DNA of 64,000 nt from Sphagnum compactum (lineage: Eukaryota): NCBI GenBank assembly GCA_965153455.1, contig OZ234493.1:13320213-13384212 (forward strand). Direction: 5' to 3'. The stretch's first letter is position 1, and every line of letters begins with the position of its first letter. The notes under the pieces are model-generated. The model was not told the DNA's origin and ran no database searches. It worked only from the letters and a program-made list of their open reading frames with translations. Position numbers and translations under genes: made by a program. Of the stretch, positions 50,578 through 64,000 are shown piece after piece.

Positions 50578-52202
50578 ACCCATCTTTGGGTGGTACCCCT
50601 AGGAACCACCTCAAAGAATGGTTAAGGAACCAAAAATAGCTAAATCATTTTTTTGGGCCCTTTTCGTTAAATGTTTTCATAATTATAAATTACTATACTT
50701 TCATGTTTATCAATTACATGTTATAATATATGGTTTGAATTTTATTTGGGAATTTAAAAATTTAAAATTTTTAAAATTTTATATTCCTAATTAAAATGGC
50801 CCCTTAAAAAATTGGCAGTCTCAACTTTGGAGATTCATAATTTAATCATATTTAATCAGTTAATTACCAAATAAAAAATAAAAAATAAAATGACTTCCAA
50901 ATTACCTTAGGAAATAATTCATTAAAAATTCATAAATCATGTTCCAAAATTCTATTCCTAACCAAAAAGTTCAAGGAAAAAAAGAAATGTTACGTTCTTA
51001 AAACGTTTTCTAATGTAATGATTAAGAACATCAAAATACACAATATTCTTAATATTATTAAGATTTCAAAATCTATGGAAACTAATAAATGTATTCCAAA
51101 AAAATTATGAAAATGTTCAGTTAAATGTTTCCTATGATTTTTTAAAGTTCGATGAGTCCAAGAAAATCAAGGTGTGACATTCTTAGTGGTACCACCCAAG
51201 GATGAATTTGCTCTCCAATCAATGACGAGCATGTTCATGTCCAAGTGTGTAAGTTCACAACTCCTAAAAAGTTATTACCAAGGTTTCATTGCAATACAAA
51301 TCATAGAAAAGGTGCCCCAAAATTTTTGGGACAATGGGTGCCAAAATCAAATGTGGAGCCATCACCCAAAAGGCGACATGCAAATACATTAGATGATGTG
51401 TCCATAATGGCTGCGTCACAAGGAGAACCCAAATTTGCAGATCAAATGACCAAGGAAACCTAATTGACTAATTAAGATACAACTACCGCTAATAATAATA
51501 ATATTGGTGAGCACAAAAACACATTTTGGGTTTAGCAACTTATCTTTACAACCATGTATTAATTAGAAAAGACATTTGCGACTAATGATTATTGAGTTGT
51601 TAAACCCATGTCGTTTTACCCATTTAGTCGCAAAGGACATATAGTTGCAAAACCCAATTGTCTAATCAACTTGGATTTTTTTTTTATAATATTGAAATTC
51701 CATGTCATCATTGATTTTGGTCTAACGTGTAAAATGAATGCCATGTCAACCTAATCGTTTTACTCAATTGAGAGATACAAAAGACGTTTTGATAAATGAC
51801 ATGTGAATGAAAACATGGTCAAAGGAACTAGGGGTGCTAAGGTAAAAGTCCTTTTCCAAAGACTACACATGACATGTGTCATTTTTGTGTTAGTTTATAA
51901 CTTAAAATTTTGTATTTCAAGTACCCCTTTTAACATTACATTTTAAATATAAATACATTTTGTTTACAAATTGATTTTATACCATGTATATTATGCATTC
52001 ATGCCCTCTATTACATAAACATGAATAACATTTATTAAAAGCACATTTTTAAATCCATAATTTTCAAGGTCAAAAACATTTTTGAACCAAATGTGTTCAA
52101 ATCAGTTACAAAAGCAATTATCATCAATTCAAATCCTTTTGCCCTTAATCATCAATGTTAAAATCCTTTCCAATTTTCAAAAAATTGTGTACATTTGGTA
52201 TT

Positions 52203-53860
52203 AAAAAAAACGTTTGAAAAAAAACAAGGATTGTTCACTCTTGAGGTTTGAGTGTTTTGGACATGCAAAAACATTTTGATTTGTGTCAAGTTTTGAGCAA
52301 ATAAACTTTGCAATTAATGAAAAATATTCCAAAAAATTTATGATAATCCAAAATATTATGCTTCACTTATGATATTTCAAACATATAAAAATGTAGTTTT
52401 AAGGAATGTCCACTCACTTGGGTGGCTCCTTTGACTATGTTCTTACCCATGTGTCAAAAATCTATAAACACATGTTCAATTATGAGTCATTACAGATGAA
52501 CAAAAGTCAACCTAACCTAAGCTAGGTCGCTTAGGTTAAAAACAAATCTCAACCTCCTAGCTTAAGTAGCCTAAACTAGGCTACCTAACCTAAGTTAAGT
52601 GGCTTAAGTGTCATAACTTTCAAGAACAAATACTTGAACCCCCCACCTCCACTTTGGGGTTCAAGTCCTCATCCATTACACTACCACATTTTCTTATATT
52701 AAATCTATTATACACAAAATTATAAAGATTAAATTTTTTAGCTTCAAATTAAATTAGGCCACCTTACGTTGACATATGTCAACCTTCCCACAATTACTTA
52801 CCAACTTAGTTTAGGTTAACCTAGGCCTCTTTATGCTAAAAATAAATTAACTTAGTCTAGCCTAACTATGATTATTTAAACTCTAATTAAACTAAACTTG
52901 ATTAAGCTAGTTGGGTAGACCTAACTAAGTTAGATTTAACTTAAATTATTTACTAAACCTAAACTAATGTAGGGTAGACCTAGGTAAGTAAGTAAGTATA
53001 AAAACACAAGATTAAGTGAACTAAACAATAGCCATCAACTTAGTAGGTTCTATTTTTCTATCTACCTATGTAGGTAGGTAGGTAGGTCCAAAGTAAATAC
53101 ATAGGTATGTAGATATTAATACCTACCAACTTACCAACTTATAATTATATACCACCTACCTAGCTATTAAAATAAAATTTAATTTTTTTCCAAAATAAAA
53201 TTAATATGCCATGTGGCAATTTTTTAATTGTGCCACATGTTACAATATCAAACCATAATTAAAAATCATAATGGACGATGGAGATCAATATTTTGAAAAG
53301 AAAAAAAAAGTTATGTCCAAAAATCTTCATAGTGCCACATGTTAAATTTTAGTAGATGGATGACAATTAATGACGTCAACATGACATCATGGGTGTAGTT
53401 ATAATGGAGTTGCATTAGTAGTTGAAAATGAATTATTTTGATAGAATTGCAATTGAGTTGCAATGAATTGCACCATACATACAATGAGTTGCAACTCTGC
53501 AACTCATGTAACTTGTCTATTAGCACTCATGACGTATAAATACAATGAGTTACAAATGTCATGTGCAAAAATTGAGTTACAAGGCCAGTTGCAAAACACC
53601 CCTTTTTCTCATAGTGTTGGGAGGAAAAAAAATGTTTGAAAAAAACAAGGACTGTCCACTCTCAATGTTTGAGTGCTTTGAACATGCAAAACCATTTTTG
53701 ATTTGTGTCAAGCTTTGACCATGTATACTTTGTAATTAATGGAAAAACATTATGACAATCCAAACTATTATGTTTCACTTGTGATCTTTCAAACATATAA
53801 AAATGTAGTTTTAAGGAGTGTCCACTCACTTGGGTGGTTCCATTGACTATGTTTTTACCC
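52203..53860 (+). repeat. ~240-bp direct repeats (52203-52448 and 53625-53860)
   Basis: GTTTGAAAAAAA...TTTCAAACATATAAAAATGTAGTTTTAAGGA.TGTCCACTCACTTGGGTGG...TTGACTATGTT.TTACCC occurs in both copies. Confidence 0.85.
53380..53616 (+). mobile_element. CACTA-type right end
   Basis: Ends TTTTTCTCATAGTG, the same TIR as the MITE at 55882. It is preceded by clustered GTTGCAA/GTTACAA subterminal motifs. The left end is not clear. Confidence 0.65.
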
Positions 53861-55881
53861 TTACATATGCTTGGATGTGGAATTATTATTTACAAACTAG
53901 GCACACGGGTTTGGTTTTGCATGATTGTGCAATTTTTGTGCATTCTTCTTAGAACATCTACAATTGGGTGCACCCGATTTGATGCATTTTGTTAAGGGTG
54001 ATTTGTAGACCACTCAATACCCTAATTTCCCACCACAAGAATTATGAAACTCATCCCAAACCCATAGGAAGACTAAATAAAAAGGAACAAAATGAAATTT
54101 GCATTCACGACATCCTTCTTAAGGTCATTATGAGGACCATGTACTAATTACATGAAATGCTATGTAGAATAGAGACAAAAGAAATCCAAGCTAATACACA
54201 CAAACATGCATCAAAAAATACATTATATACAACTAGCCTTATGGCAAAGCCTTAAGCATATAAGGATTTATGGTCTAGGTTTTTTGACATGTATGGTAGT
54301 TAGAAGGCTTTTGCTAAAATGTCAAGGAAGATTGGAATTGCCATGTTTGAACCAAGTGAAAATTTTGCAATGTAACCTTGTAATTTGAAAATTTTCTTGG
54401 GATACTAGGTGATTTAAAGGGAGTCACAAAACTATATACAAAAGCAATAATATCATGTGTACATATGTGGTAGGACCATGTTTCATGATTTGTGTACCAT
54501 GTTCCTTGAATTTATTTTAGTTCATCTTATCATGTTCTACACCTAAAGCCTCCCATGTTAATGTACCAAAAAACGCTTGTAACATGGCAGTTACATGAAC
54601 TGAAAAGGTTTGTAGCATGTTATATTACCATGGATAGCTCTAACATGCCCAAAACTTTCATTAATCAATTAAAACAAAAGGATTAGTATTGGGAGTAATT
54701 AGAAGATCTTTCCCGATAATGTTCATATTACTATGAGTTGCTTGTCAATCATCATATTACTTTCACATTAACTTTAACAAAAAATATCAATGCCCACAAT
54801 ACTTCTCTTTGTAGCATTTCACCTTTTCTATATGTTGTGGTTAACTCCTACAAATGAATAGTTCGTTTGGCTAGGTTTCCATGGTTTGGAAATTATACTT
54901 TCACCTATCTGTTTGTTAGGTTACAACCCTTGCCACAACTCTCATACATGGAGTTCAAAAGTGAACACCATATTTGCCATCATCTTTAGCTCCTTGTTAC
55001 ACAATCATTCGTTGAAATGACATCCTTTTTATAATGTACCTTCATAGAGCTTCTATGATAGAAATTAGTGGTATTTCCACATCGCCAATCAATAATTGAA
55101 ATATGTAAATTGAACAAATTATATTACTTAATTGAGTAGATTAGCTAATAATTAATCTAACATAATAATTAATATGTTATTATGAAACTTACTTATTTAA
55201 ATCAACAATCAATTACATCATAGGCCCCCAAAACTATCTTAGAAGATTACATAATCAAATATGAAATTTAGGTGAAGAAAATACCTGACTTATATGGATG
55301 GTCAATATTCATACATTTGGATGCTCTTTTGTAATGTTCATCAACACATAGAAAATAGATGGTTTACTTGTGTTATTCTCATTTTATAAGCACTCTAGTA
55401 ACATAATTAAAAAAACAATGTCCATATTTGTGGAACATGTAGAGTGAAAGTGAACTTTACTATAACATGTGGATTTGTCAGTGAACTTTCATTGTGGTGA
55501 TGTTAAAAAGGGAGAAAATATAATCAAGTGAAGCAAATACATGTCTACAATTGTTTAATCAAGTGAAACAAATGCATGTTTAACACTATTGGTGCAAATT
55601 GGCTATCTATCACGTCTACAAGATGATCTAAAAATCATGATAAAAACCATGGGCCCAATATAATCCCACCATATATGCACATTGAAACATAATTTTTTTT
55701 GATACAAAATTTACCATCCACCATAATCCATCCATTGCATACTAGCATAACAAAAACCCTAAACCCAAAGACTAGAAGTCATCTTTAAATAGGGCTTGCA
55801 TTATAATAATTACATTTTAAATGTTTGTAACATGTGGTAACATGTGCAGATGTTGTAAAAAGGGACAAATACAATGCATAA

Positions 55882-56057
55882 CACTATGAGAAAATTCTGT
55901 CCATTACAACCTATCTAATGCAACTAAAAAATGTCCAATAGACTAAGATCACAACTAAAAAGTGTCCAATAGACTAAGATCACAACTAAAAAGTGTCCAA
56001 TAAAACTAGATTACAATTAGATAGACTAGTTGCAACGGACATGATTTTCTCATAGTG
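55882..56057. mobile_element. Complete 176-bp CACTA MITE
   Basis: TIRs CACTATGAGAAAAT...ATTTTCTCATAGTG, 3-bp TSD TAA on both sides, and an internal 31-bp tandem repeat (~2.6 copies). Confidence 0.92.
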
Positions 56058-59000
56058 TAAATAAACCTTGTTGAAATGTGCTATGCATGATGTTTGCAAA
56101 AATGTGAACCAAATATCAATGAGTGCATACAATGTTTCTATGCTAACTGTTTCATTCATATTGATTTTGTACTTAACATTTACAAATGGCAAAAAAAAAT
56201 TCACGTAGAGGTTTGAAGTTTAGAAATTTATTACAAACAAGTTCACAAACTTTGCAAATATTTGTTGATGTAAGGTAAATAAAACATTTCGTAACATCGC
56301 ATGTAGTCTTTTGCCAATCTCTTGCAATACAATAACATGCACATGCACTTAATACTTATAACAATATGTTGTGGGTGATGGAATATATAACAAAAATGTG
56401 AGTAATTGGACATATATCATTGCCATGGGATTAATAAATTGTAAATACAATTGGAAGCAAAAATGAATATTAATGGGCATGTTACCTAAAGTCTACATCC
56501 TTGTTTTCCAAGCCCAAATGTTGTATAGGTAGAATAGGCAAGATGTGTGTTCAATTGGTGGGGCGTTGTTCCAATTAGTTCATGGTTGGTACTTCTTCCT
56601 CCACTTCCTCTTCCATTATAAGTAGTAGTAACGAGGGTGGTTACACCATCTTCCTTTCCTTCCCATACATGGGGTGTTAAATGATCAAGGTGAAATTGCA
56701 AACCCTAATTCCCATAATCAAATCTTCATGACAAAGCTTCAAGCTACAAACAAATTAGGTAGATATTATACCTTTATCTAAATTGGATGGAATGTCAGTG
56801 ATAGTGATGTCTTCAATCTACAGAAGTGTAGACTATAGAGATTCACCACTTGAAAACACAAGTAATACCTTGTGCTATAAATGGTTGTCATATCTTCCAC
56901 CCTTGCAACTGTTTTAGAAGCCTCACTATTGCATTTGTTAAGTTCAATGTTTGGCCCCGGTATTGGTTCCATTTACAAGAATAGAAATAATGTTGGTAGG
57001 TTTAACGACTTTTGACATATCCATTGACAATGTTGGTGGTGAATCAAATCCACTGCTTAACATGTGTTAATGTTGCATTGTATTGTGTAGTTGTAGCCTA
57101 CGTTGATCTTCACCAATAACAATTGGTCCTAATGCAGCTACAAAAAATATATATTGGGCATTGATGAAGGTTACAAATCTAAACACAAGAAATTTGTTAT
57201 TTGTGTAGACATAACCAATATCTAGACATCTAAACTATATCTTTAAACATAAAAACATTTTTTTTCTAAGCATGTAACATCATATTTTCTCCAAACATAA
57301 TAGTAGTTTCTCTCTAAACATAACACGTCATCATTTCTCTAAACATAAGAACAACTTCTCTCTAACTTAACCATATGAACTTCTCTCTAAACTTAATAGG
57401 AGCTTCTTTCTAAACATACCAATAACATTTGTCTAGATTTAACATAACATTTTTAATATAATGAATTACAACTTTTTTTTAGACTTAATTACAACATCTC
57501 TTTAAATTCCAATGCAATTTTATTTGCAATTCTTAGTACTTGCACCACAAGCAATCCAACCACAATCATGATCCTTTATGAATTTCAGCCATTCAATGAC
57601 GCGTTGTTGTAAGTAATTGTCTTTGAGCACATTGTCCTTTTATTGCCATGCCTCAAGGAATTTGGGTTTGTTCGCCATGACCATTATCTACATCATTCGT
57701 AATTGCACATTTTGTATCCATTAATACACTCATCCCACCATTTGTTAATAGGATGTTTGAGTGATTCAAATGCCAGTCCACATGTTGCCTCCATTATTGG
57801 CATTAAGAAGCATTCGTACAACTTGCAAACAAAAAAAACCCCTCCTTGTGTAACATTGTTAACAGTAGAAAATTGTCCTATGTTGGTTAAACACCATGGA
57901 TGTTAGGAGACAATAGTACTGTCACTACATGGTAGTTATTATTAAATGGCAAAACAATCTTAGGAGAATTCTAGAATGGAAGTGTTTTCAGACGGTAGTA
58001 CCATTAGTATAATGAATTACCTTCATGGGATAGAATAATCAGAAGTTCATTTTGGGAGGAATTTTAATAAAAATAACATTAATTATTAGAAATATTATCC
58101 TAGTATAGTTTACTTAGAAGGGTATTTTAATAACTATTTTATTACTAGTGGTAAATATCCTACGTGTACCATCTTTTATTTATTAGGGGGTGAAGCCATC
58201 TAGGTTAATTAATCCAAGTGGATAAAGGATGGATGGATTTCCCTTAACTAAGATGTGTGGAAGGGATTAGGATAAGGAGATTTAGGAGGATAAATACTCA
58301 ACCCTTGTGTGGTGAATATCCTTCTTGGATTCTTTATTTATCCTTGATGAAGAGGATTGTGAGGCATTCTTTTGTATGAGATTGTGAGGCATTCTTTTGT
58401 ATGATTCCAGATTGGATGTGGTTAGTAGAGTTCTCTTGGGGAAGAAGTGTGTGTGTGAAGAGAAGAGAAGAACATGGAAGAATATTATATTTGATGTCAT
58501 GTAATGGAAAATGGTTGAAGGTTGTCAAGTGCATTATTTTTTCTTGTTTGTATTGACTTTTAGGAAGGTAAGGAAAATAGTTCCTTCTTAATTGATGTGG
58601 ACTATTTATTTATTTATTTGGTTCTTCTTTTCTTTTACAATGAAAGTATTATCTGTACTAGAATATGAAGGTAGAACATGTTGCAAGAAGGTAGTTGCCA
58701 CTAGAAGGTAATAATAAGAAGGTAGCTACTGTGTTTGAGGTTTGCAAAAGGTAGAGAGCTATTGCAAACAATACATAACAATTACAAAAGGTTTGTAGGT
58801 GCTGTAGATGGTAGGTAGTAGTAATAGAAGGTTTGCAAACGGTAGGCAGTAGCTACATGAAGTTTGTAGGCACACTTGCTCTTTTTCAAATCTATAGAAG
58901 AAGGTAGTTGCAACATGATGGTAGTTGTTATAGAACGATAGCTACTATAGGATGGTAAGTGTTGCAAGATGATAAACAGACATAAAACATGCCTTACCTT

Positions 59001-61177
59001 CATATGTTTTCATGTTATTTTTCATCCTTTTTTTATTTGGCAACCTTTTTCCTTGGTGGTAATTAAGTTGTCAAATTCCACGGTTTAATAAACATCCATT
59101 TGATTGGAACCCATGGTCAAGAGTTAAAGCCTAGTCCAATCCATTCCAAAATGTTATCCTTGTTCCCTCCTTTAGTAGGGTGACATAGAGGTGGTTGAAA
59201 TCCCCATGCAAACATGAACATTTTTAGAATTAATACACTCCACAATGTTTACCATATTTTTTTTGATTTTTTCATGTTATAAATAATTGCTACAATAGTT
59301 TTTACCTCCTCTTTGTTGTGTGTCCATGGGAATGGTGGCAAAACACTTTGTAGAAGCGGGATATTGTAGAAAATGTGGTACATAAGATGTCATCCCTAGG
59401 TAATCTGTTCCATTTGAGGTCCTATGTTGGCTTCCCAATCTTGCATTTTATTCTTCACATATTCATCAATTTTTTGAGACCTTATCTCCTTCCAAGTTAC
59501 TTCTAGCCCCACGACTATTTTGCCTAGAAATTGATGCTCAACATATTCAAGCAATAGTTTGAATTCTTCATCCATAGTAACTTGATTACATACACATTCA
59601 ACACATAGAGTGGTGGAATTCTTAACATTGTTGTTGTATTAATTTAATTTTTGAACCCAACATGCAACAAGTTAGAAGTTAAACCCTACAACAAAGTTGG
59701 TACATGAAAAAACATAACAAATAACTAAACTCAAAATGAAAATGTAGTTCTTTTATCAATTCTACAAATGACCAGCTCTCATATGAAGACATAAATACGT
59801 CTTCAACCTAGTTGTCCCACTTGTCATCTTCAAACTTCTTGTATTGCTATAATCTAAATTTGAATCCATCAATAACATCCTTCTCCTAGTTATAGTGACA
59901 TAACATGTATGGCAACTACCAAAAAAGAAATAGGGACATGTTTCAAAAAAGGAGGAAGATGAGGAGGTGGCTATTGATTTATGGTAACCACATGTTATGC
60001 TTTTGTACGTGCAGAGAGCAATGCATCTTTGTGTTCACCGTCAAGTTCACCTAACTCCTTGGATGGAAGTTCTTCAAATGTGAGGTCAACATAAGGAGAG
60101 TTGGAAATTGTCATTAATTTCCAAGATGATGTGTCATGTGGACAAGATGTCATGTTAAAATGCAACTGCATTTTTACAATAGATGCCTTGTTACAAAATA
60201 GTGTTGTAGCTTGTGCATGCTTCAACTTTGGTTTTTCCAAGTTTGTATACATCCTAGGTTGTCCATCATTTTCAACACTTTTTGCTTCATAAAGTTTTAT
60301 AACATGAAGCCCATTAGAATGTTGATCTTTGGATGGGGATGTAAAGGTTGAAGTAGATGTCTCCTCATTGTCATGTTCAAGTATGCTATGAAATTTGTCG
60401 ACCACCCACCAAGCCACCTTCTTTGATATTTTTCAAGCTTGCATTTTGTAAGGCTTTTGGGCTTTAGTTCCATTTTGTTGCCTTGTCATTTGTTGGCTAC
60501 TAGTAGTACCTCCCTCTTTAACAATTGCATGTATTAGATCTCTGGGTGATCTTACTTTTTTTTGTGTGGTTTTGACTGTTTTTTATGCTTTCCATCAACT
60601 ACAAGTTCTTCCTTCGATGTTACAGGGACATCTGCAATGGAGGTGAACTTGTGGTGTTTTGCATCATACCTTGTAGGTGGTTGTAATCCATGGAATGTTT
60701 TGAGTGAACAGATTTGCTTGATGATTGTATCATTTACAAAAAAATTATCCTACTCCTCGTCAATTTTTGCTTGGCTTTTAATCAACAAGTGAGAAGTTGA
60801 TTTTTCATCAACGAACATGTGTTTTAGTTTTTTGGTTTCTTGGGCAGAATTGAGGTTGGGGTTCATCAGCAATTTAACACGTTTACCTAAGTTTGGATAA
60901 AAGAATGTTTTAATGTCACAGCCTTTATGTCAATGTTCCAAAAGTCTTTGCTTACTAGTCCACTCTCCATCGTAGTAGATGCAAATAACATGTTGAGTTG
61001 CCCTTTTGATGTTCTGTCATTGGCCTTGGGTCTTACTTAACATGTTGACATGTTTCTAAATATTAATATTTTTGGGCATTTCATGTTCAACATGTACAAC
61101 CATGAAACCCATATTTGTAACTAGCCAGCCATTTGCTATGACCTAAACAAAGATGAATAATGATATAGAACATTTAC

Positions 61178-61385
61178 TTTCATTGCTACAAATTCCACTT
61201 TTAATTCATGGTAAAACTTTGGAATAACAAATTGCTCTACAAATTTCCCATACTTTAGATTGATTAGTATCAGACCAACCCCTTAACAATTAAGTCTTTT
61301 TTGCCTTTTGTAGACAACATTGTGCTACCAAGTTCATTGTCCATGTTTTTTCCAGCCATTACAACATCTCATTTCGTAACAACAC
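61178..61385 (-). pseudogene. Decayed exon of unknown family
   Basis: Bounded by TTAG| and |GTAAAT. Reads GLV*Y*-(frameshift)-NLKYGKFVEQFVIPKFYHELKVEF. Confidence 0.35.
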
Positions 61386-62988
61386 CTAAGTCAAATCATA
61401 ACATGAATCCCACATATAAAATCCTTGTTATTTCCTAAAACATTTTGCAACATGTACAATCCTAAAACATTCTACAACATGTACAAATGACACACAACAA
61501 ACAAGAGCACATGAAATAAAGATTTAAACCTATGATGTGTTGAATGAAAAAGGAAATTTTGTGTTTCATAATAGTTTCATGTTTATATCATTCCTCCTTT
61601 CACATTTACAAATTCATTTCCATGCTTTTCACCTCAAAAGAAAATTCTTAAGCATGTTACAAAATAATGTTCAACAAGGTTTTTCAAAGGAAAACAACAA
61701 AATCCAAATGAAGAGCTAAGTAATAGCTGAAACTGATTTGCATGATTTCAACTTATGTTTTAACATTTAAACATTAAACAAGGTTTTTTCATTGAAATGT
61801 TTTGTGTAGTCCATGAATGCCTTAACAACATGTTGTCTAGTAAAGGAGCCTTCAGGTGTTTCCATAAATATTTCATAGCCATCATCATAACACCATAAAA
61901 AACTTACCTCAAGGGCATATTCACAGTCAAGGTACCCAAAACAATGGTCTAACGAAAAAAGGATTGCAAAAGACTATTTTGGATTTTTATTACATATATT
62001 ATTTTATGATTATAGTGGATTGGTGTATGATTAGAATTAAATTGATGTCATGTTAATCTAATAAAAAAATCAATAATAAATTGGATATAATATAAATGTC
62101 CTTTTAAATAATTTGACTCCTTGTTTTAACTGTAATTTTCATCTTAAAGGAATCAAAAGGAATGTATTAAACAATGTAATTGACTTCAATTTTCTTTCAT
62201 GGATTAGTAATGCATACATTTATATTTGGCAATGTTCATATAATGCATTTGATTAAATAATATACGATATAATATTTTTTAAAGTTATAGAATCCATTTT
62301 GAAAGGGCTACAAGGAAAATGATTCCTATTTTTTGCCATTTGGTTCATTTTTTTATTCATTAGGTTTAGAATTTGTGGCCCCAAGTGTTGACAACATGTG
62401 TAGGATATTTTCATGTAAGAAAACATGTAAAGTTGCATATAAAAACTTGTTTATTCATTTTTGAAATTTATAGTTTTTTACAAAAATATTTATACATAAT
62501 TACATATGCATGTGAAAAATCACCACCACCATGCAAATTATCATAATTTGAATTATCCAATATTTTCACTTAAACTTATTCCATAAAGATTCTATATTTG
62601 GAAAATAGCAAAAGAAAAGTCTTTGAGTCATGTGTCCAAAAAGGGGTACCTTGATTGTGAATATGCTTTCAATAGTAGTGTTGTGTTTGTGCTTGAAGCT
62701 TTTGCAAATTTTGCGAAAGCTCCATTGTATGTATTTCAATAAATTGCATTCATTTTCCAAATGCATTAAAGAACTTGATGTGATACAATGAACACTACTT
62801 AGGACAATCATTTGCATTATTGGTGTGCAATAATCTAATTGATTGTTGCTTGAAGTTGTAAGATGATGGCAATGATACACATGAACTTCAAGTTGGTTTG
62901 GTGATGGAGATGATACACAAGCACAAAGGACTGTTACATTGCATTAAGGTTTAGGATCAAGGATGGTGGGGATGTTTAGGTTGTCTCA

Positions 62989-63268
62989 ATTTGCGCGAAG
63001 GATGTTTGAAATTGATTCATGTTACATAGGGCCATCCAACGAAATGACATGTGATGGTCAATGTACCCTTCATCCCATGGATGCCATAGCAACCATTGTG
63101 TGTTACATGGGACATATTAAATAACATGATTTGCGTGAAGGATGTTTGAAATCGATGCATGTTACACAAGTCCATCCAATGAAATGACATGTGATGGTCA
63201 CTGTACCCTTCATCCCATGGATGCCATAACGACCATTGTGTGTTACATGAGACATATTAAGTAACATG
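62989..63268. repeat. Tandem duplication, 2 x 140 bp
   Basis: ATTTGCG(C/T)GAAGGATGTTTGAAAT...GACATATTAA(A/G)TAACATG starts at 62989 and 63129. Confidence 0.9.
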
Positions 63269-64000
63269 CCTATGTGGTAATTATGTGAACGAGGATGGGG
63301 GTTTTGGAGGGGAGGTCCATTATGGTGATGTCATGCTGTGGTGGTGGTACTTTTGTCTAACGCATTTACAATCTTAGGCCTGTTTAATATTGTTCGTAGA
63401 ATAGAACCCCAAAAAGATCTAGTATCCATCTATAAAATTTGCAAAATTATTTCCTACATTGTGGGTATTGTTTCCTTTGGAGGCGGCCTCTATGTATTTG
63501 CAAGTTTATTGTTGACCGGGGATGTCACCCATCCCCAAATTACTTTTATACTACGGTGTTTAAGATTAAGGGGGTAAACGATTGAATAATGAAGGCAAAT
63601 TTTAATGTTTAATGTATTAATTGTAGGTAGGGTAAAGCAAATATCCGGTGCTCAACTCATTGAATCAAGGATAAGGCAGAAGATTTGAATAACTATAACG
63701 ATTCTAAGGGACTTGTAAGAGCCCTCACTATTTTAGGAGGATTTCTAAAACCTACAATAAAATGCATATTTAGTACTTTAATGGATTCAGCACTAATTTA
63801 AACCATTTAAAATATTGACAATTAAGAAAAAAACATTGCACAAAATGTTGAAATTTTGGAATTTGGTGACAACAAAGTGATCAAAGCTTGTTCACCTTGA
63901 AATTGATGAAATCATAGTAAACTCCATTAAACAAAGCACCCAGCTATGTGGAAAGGAAGGACAAAGAGAGAGGACCCAAGTCCAAGTCAAAAACGCACAA

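Noticed and set aside
53880-55310. Possible Ulp1-like protease or transposase relic on the minus strand
   Set aside because: No catalytic motifs could be read with confidence.

Overview
AT-rich, intron-containing land-plant genomic DNA. It is probably a moss; the repeat families look Sphagnum-like to me, which is inference. Three intact spliced genes are present. (1) A minus-strand RNA-binding protein with CCCH zinc finger, RRM and OST-HTH/LOTUS domains and an apparent C-terminal RING start that runs off the left edge (1..3859). (2) A GT43 IRX9-like xylosyltransferase (22888..27189, minus). (3) COP9 signalosome subunit 6 (29936..32999, plus). The rest is transposon- and relic-rich: decayed RING and intron-containing DDB1 fragments, two related solo LTRs with 5-bp TSDs, a non-autonomous Helitron, CACTA ends plus a complete CACTA MITE, and several tandem arrays. 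A Ty3/Gypsy element is circularly permuted (gag - PBS - single LTR - PPT - pol), has patchwork filler DNA at both junctions and carries extra ORFs upstream of gag. Gene models were built by hand from GT-AG sites and reading-frame phase; no database searches were run.
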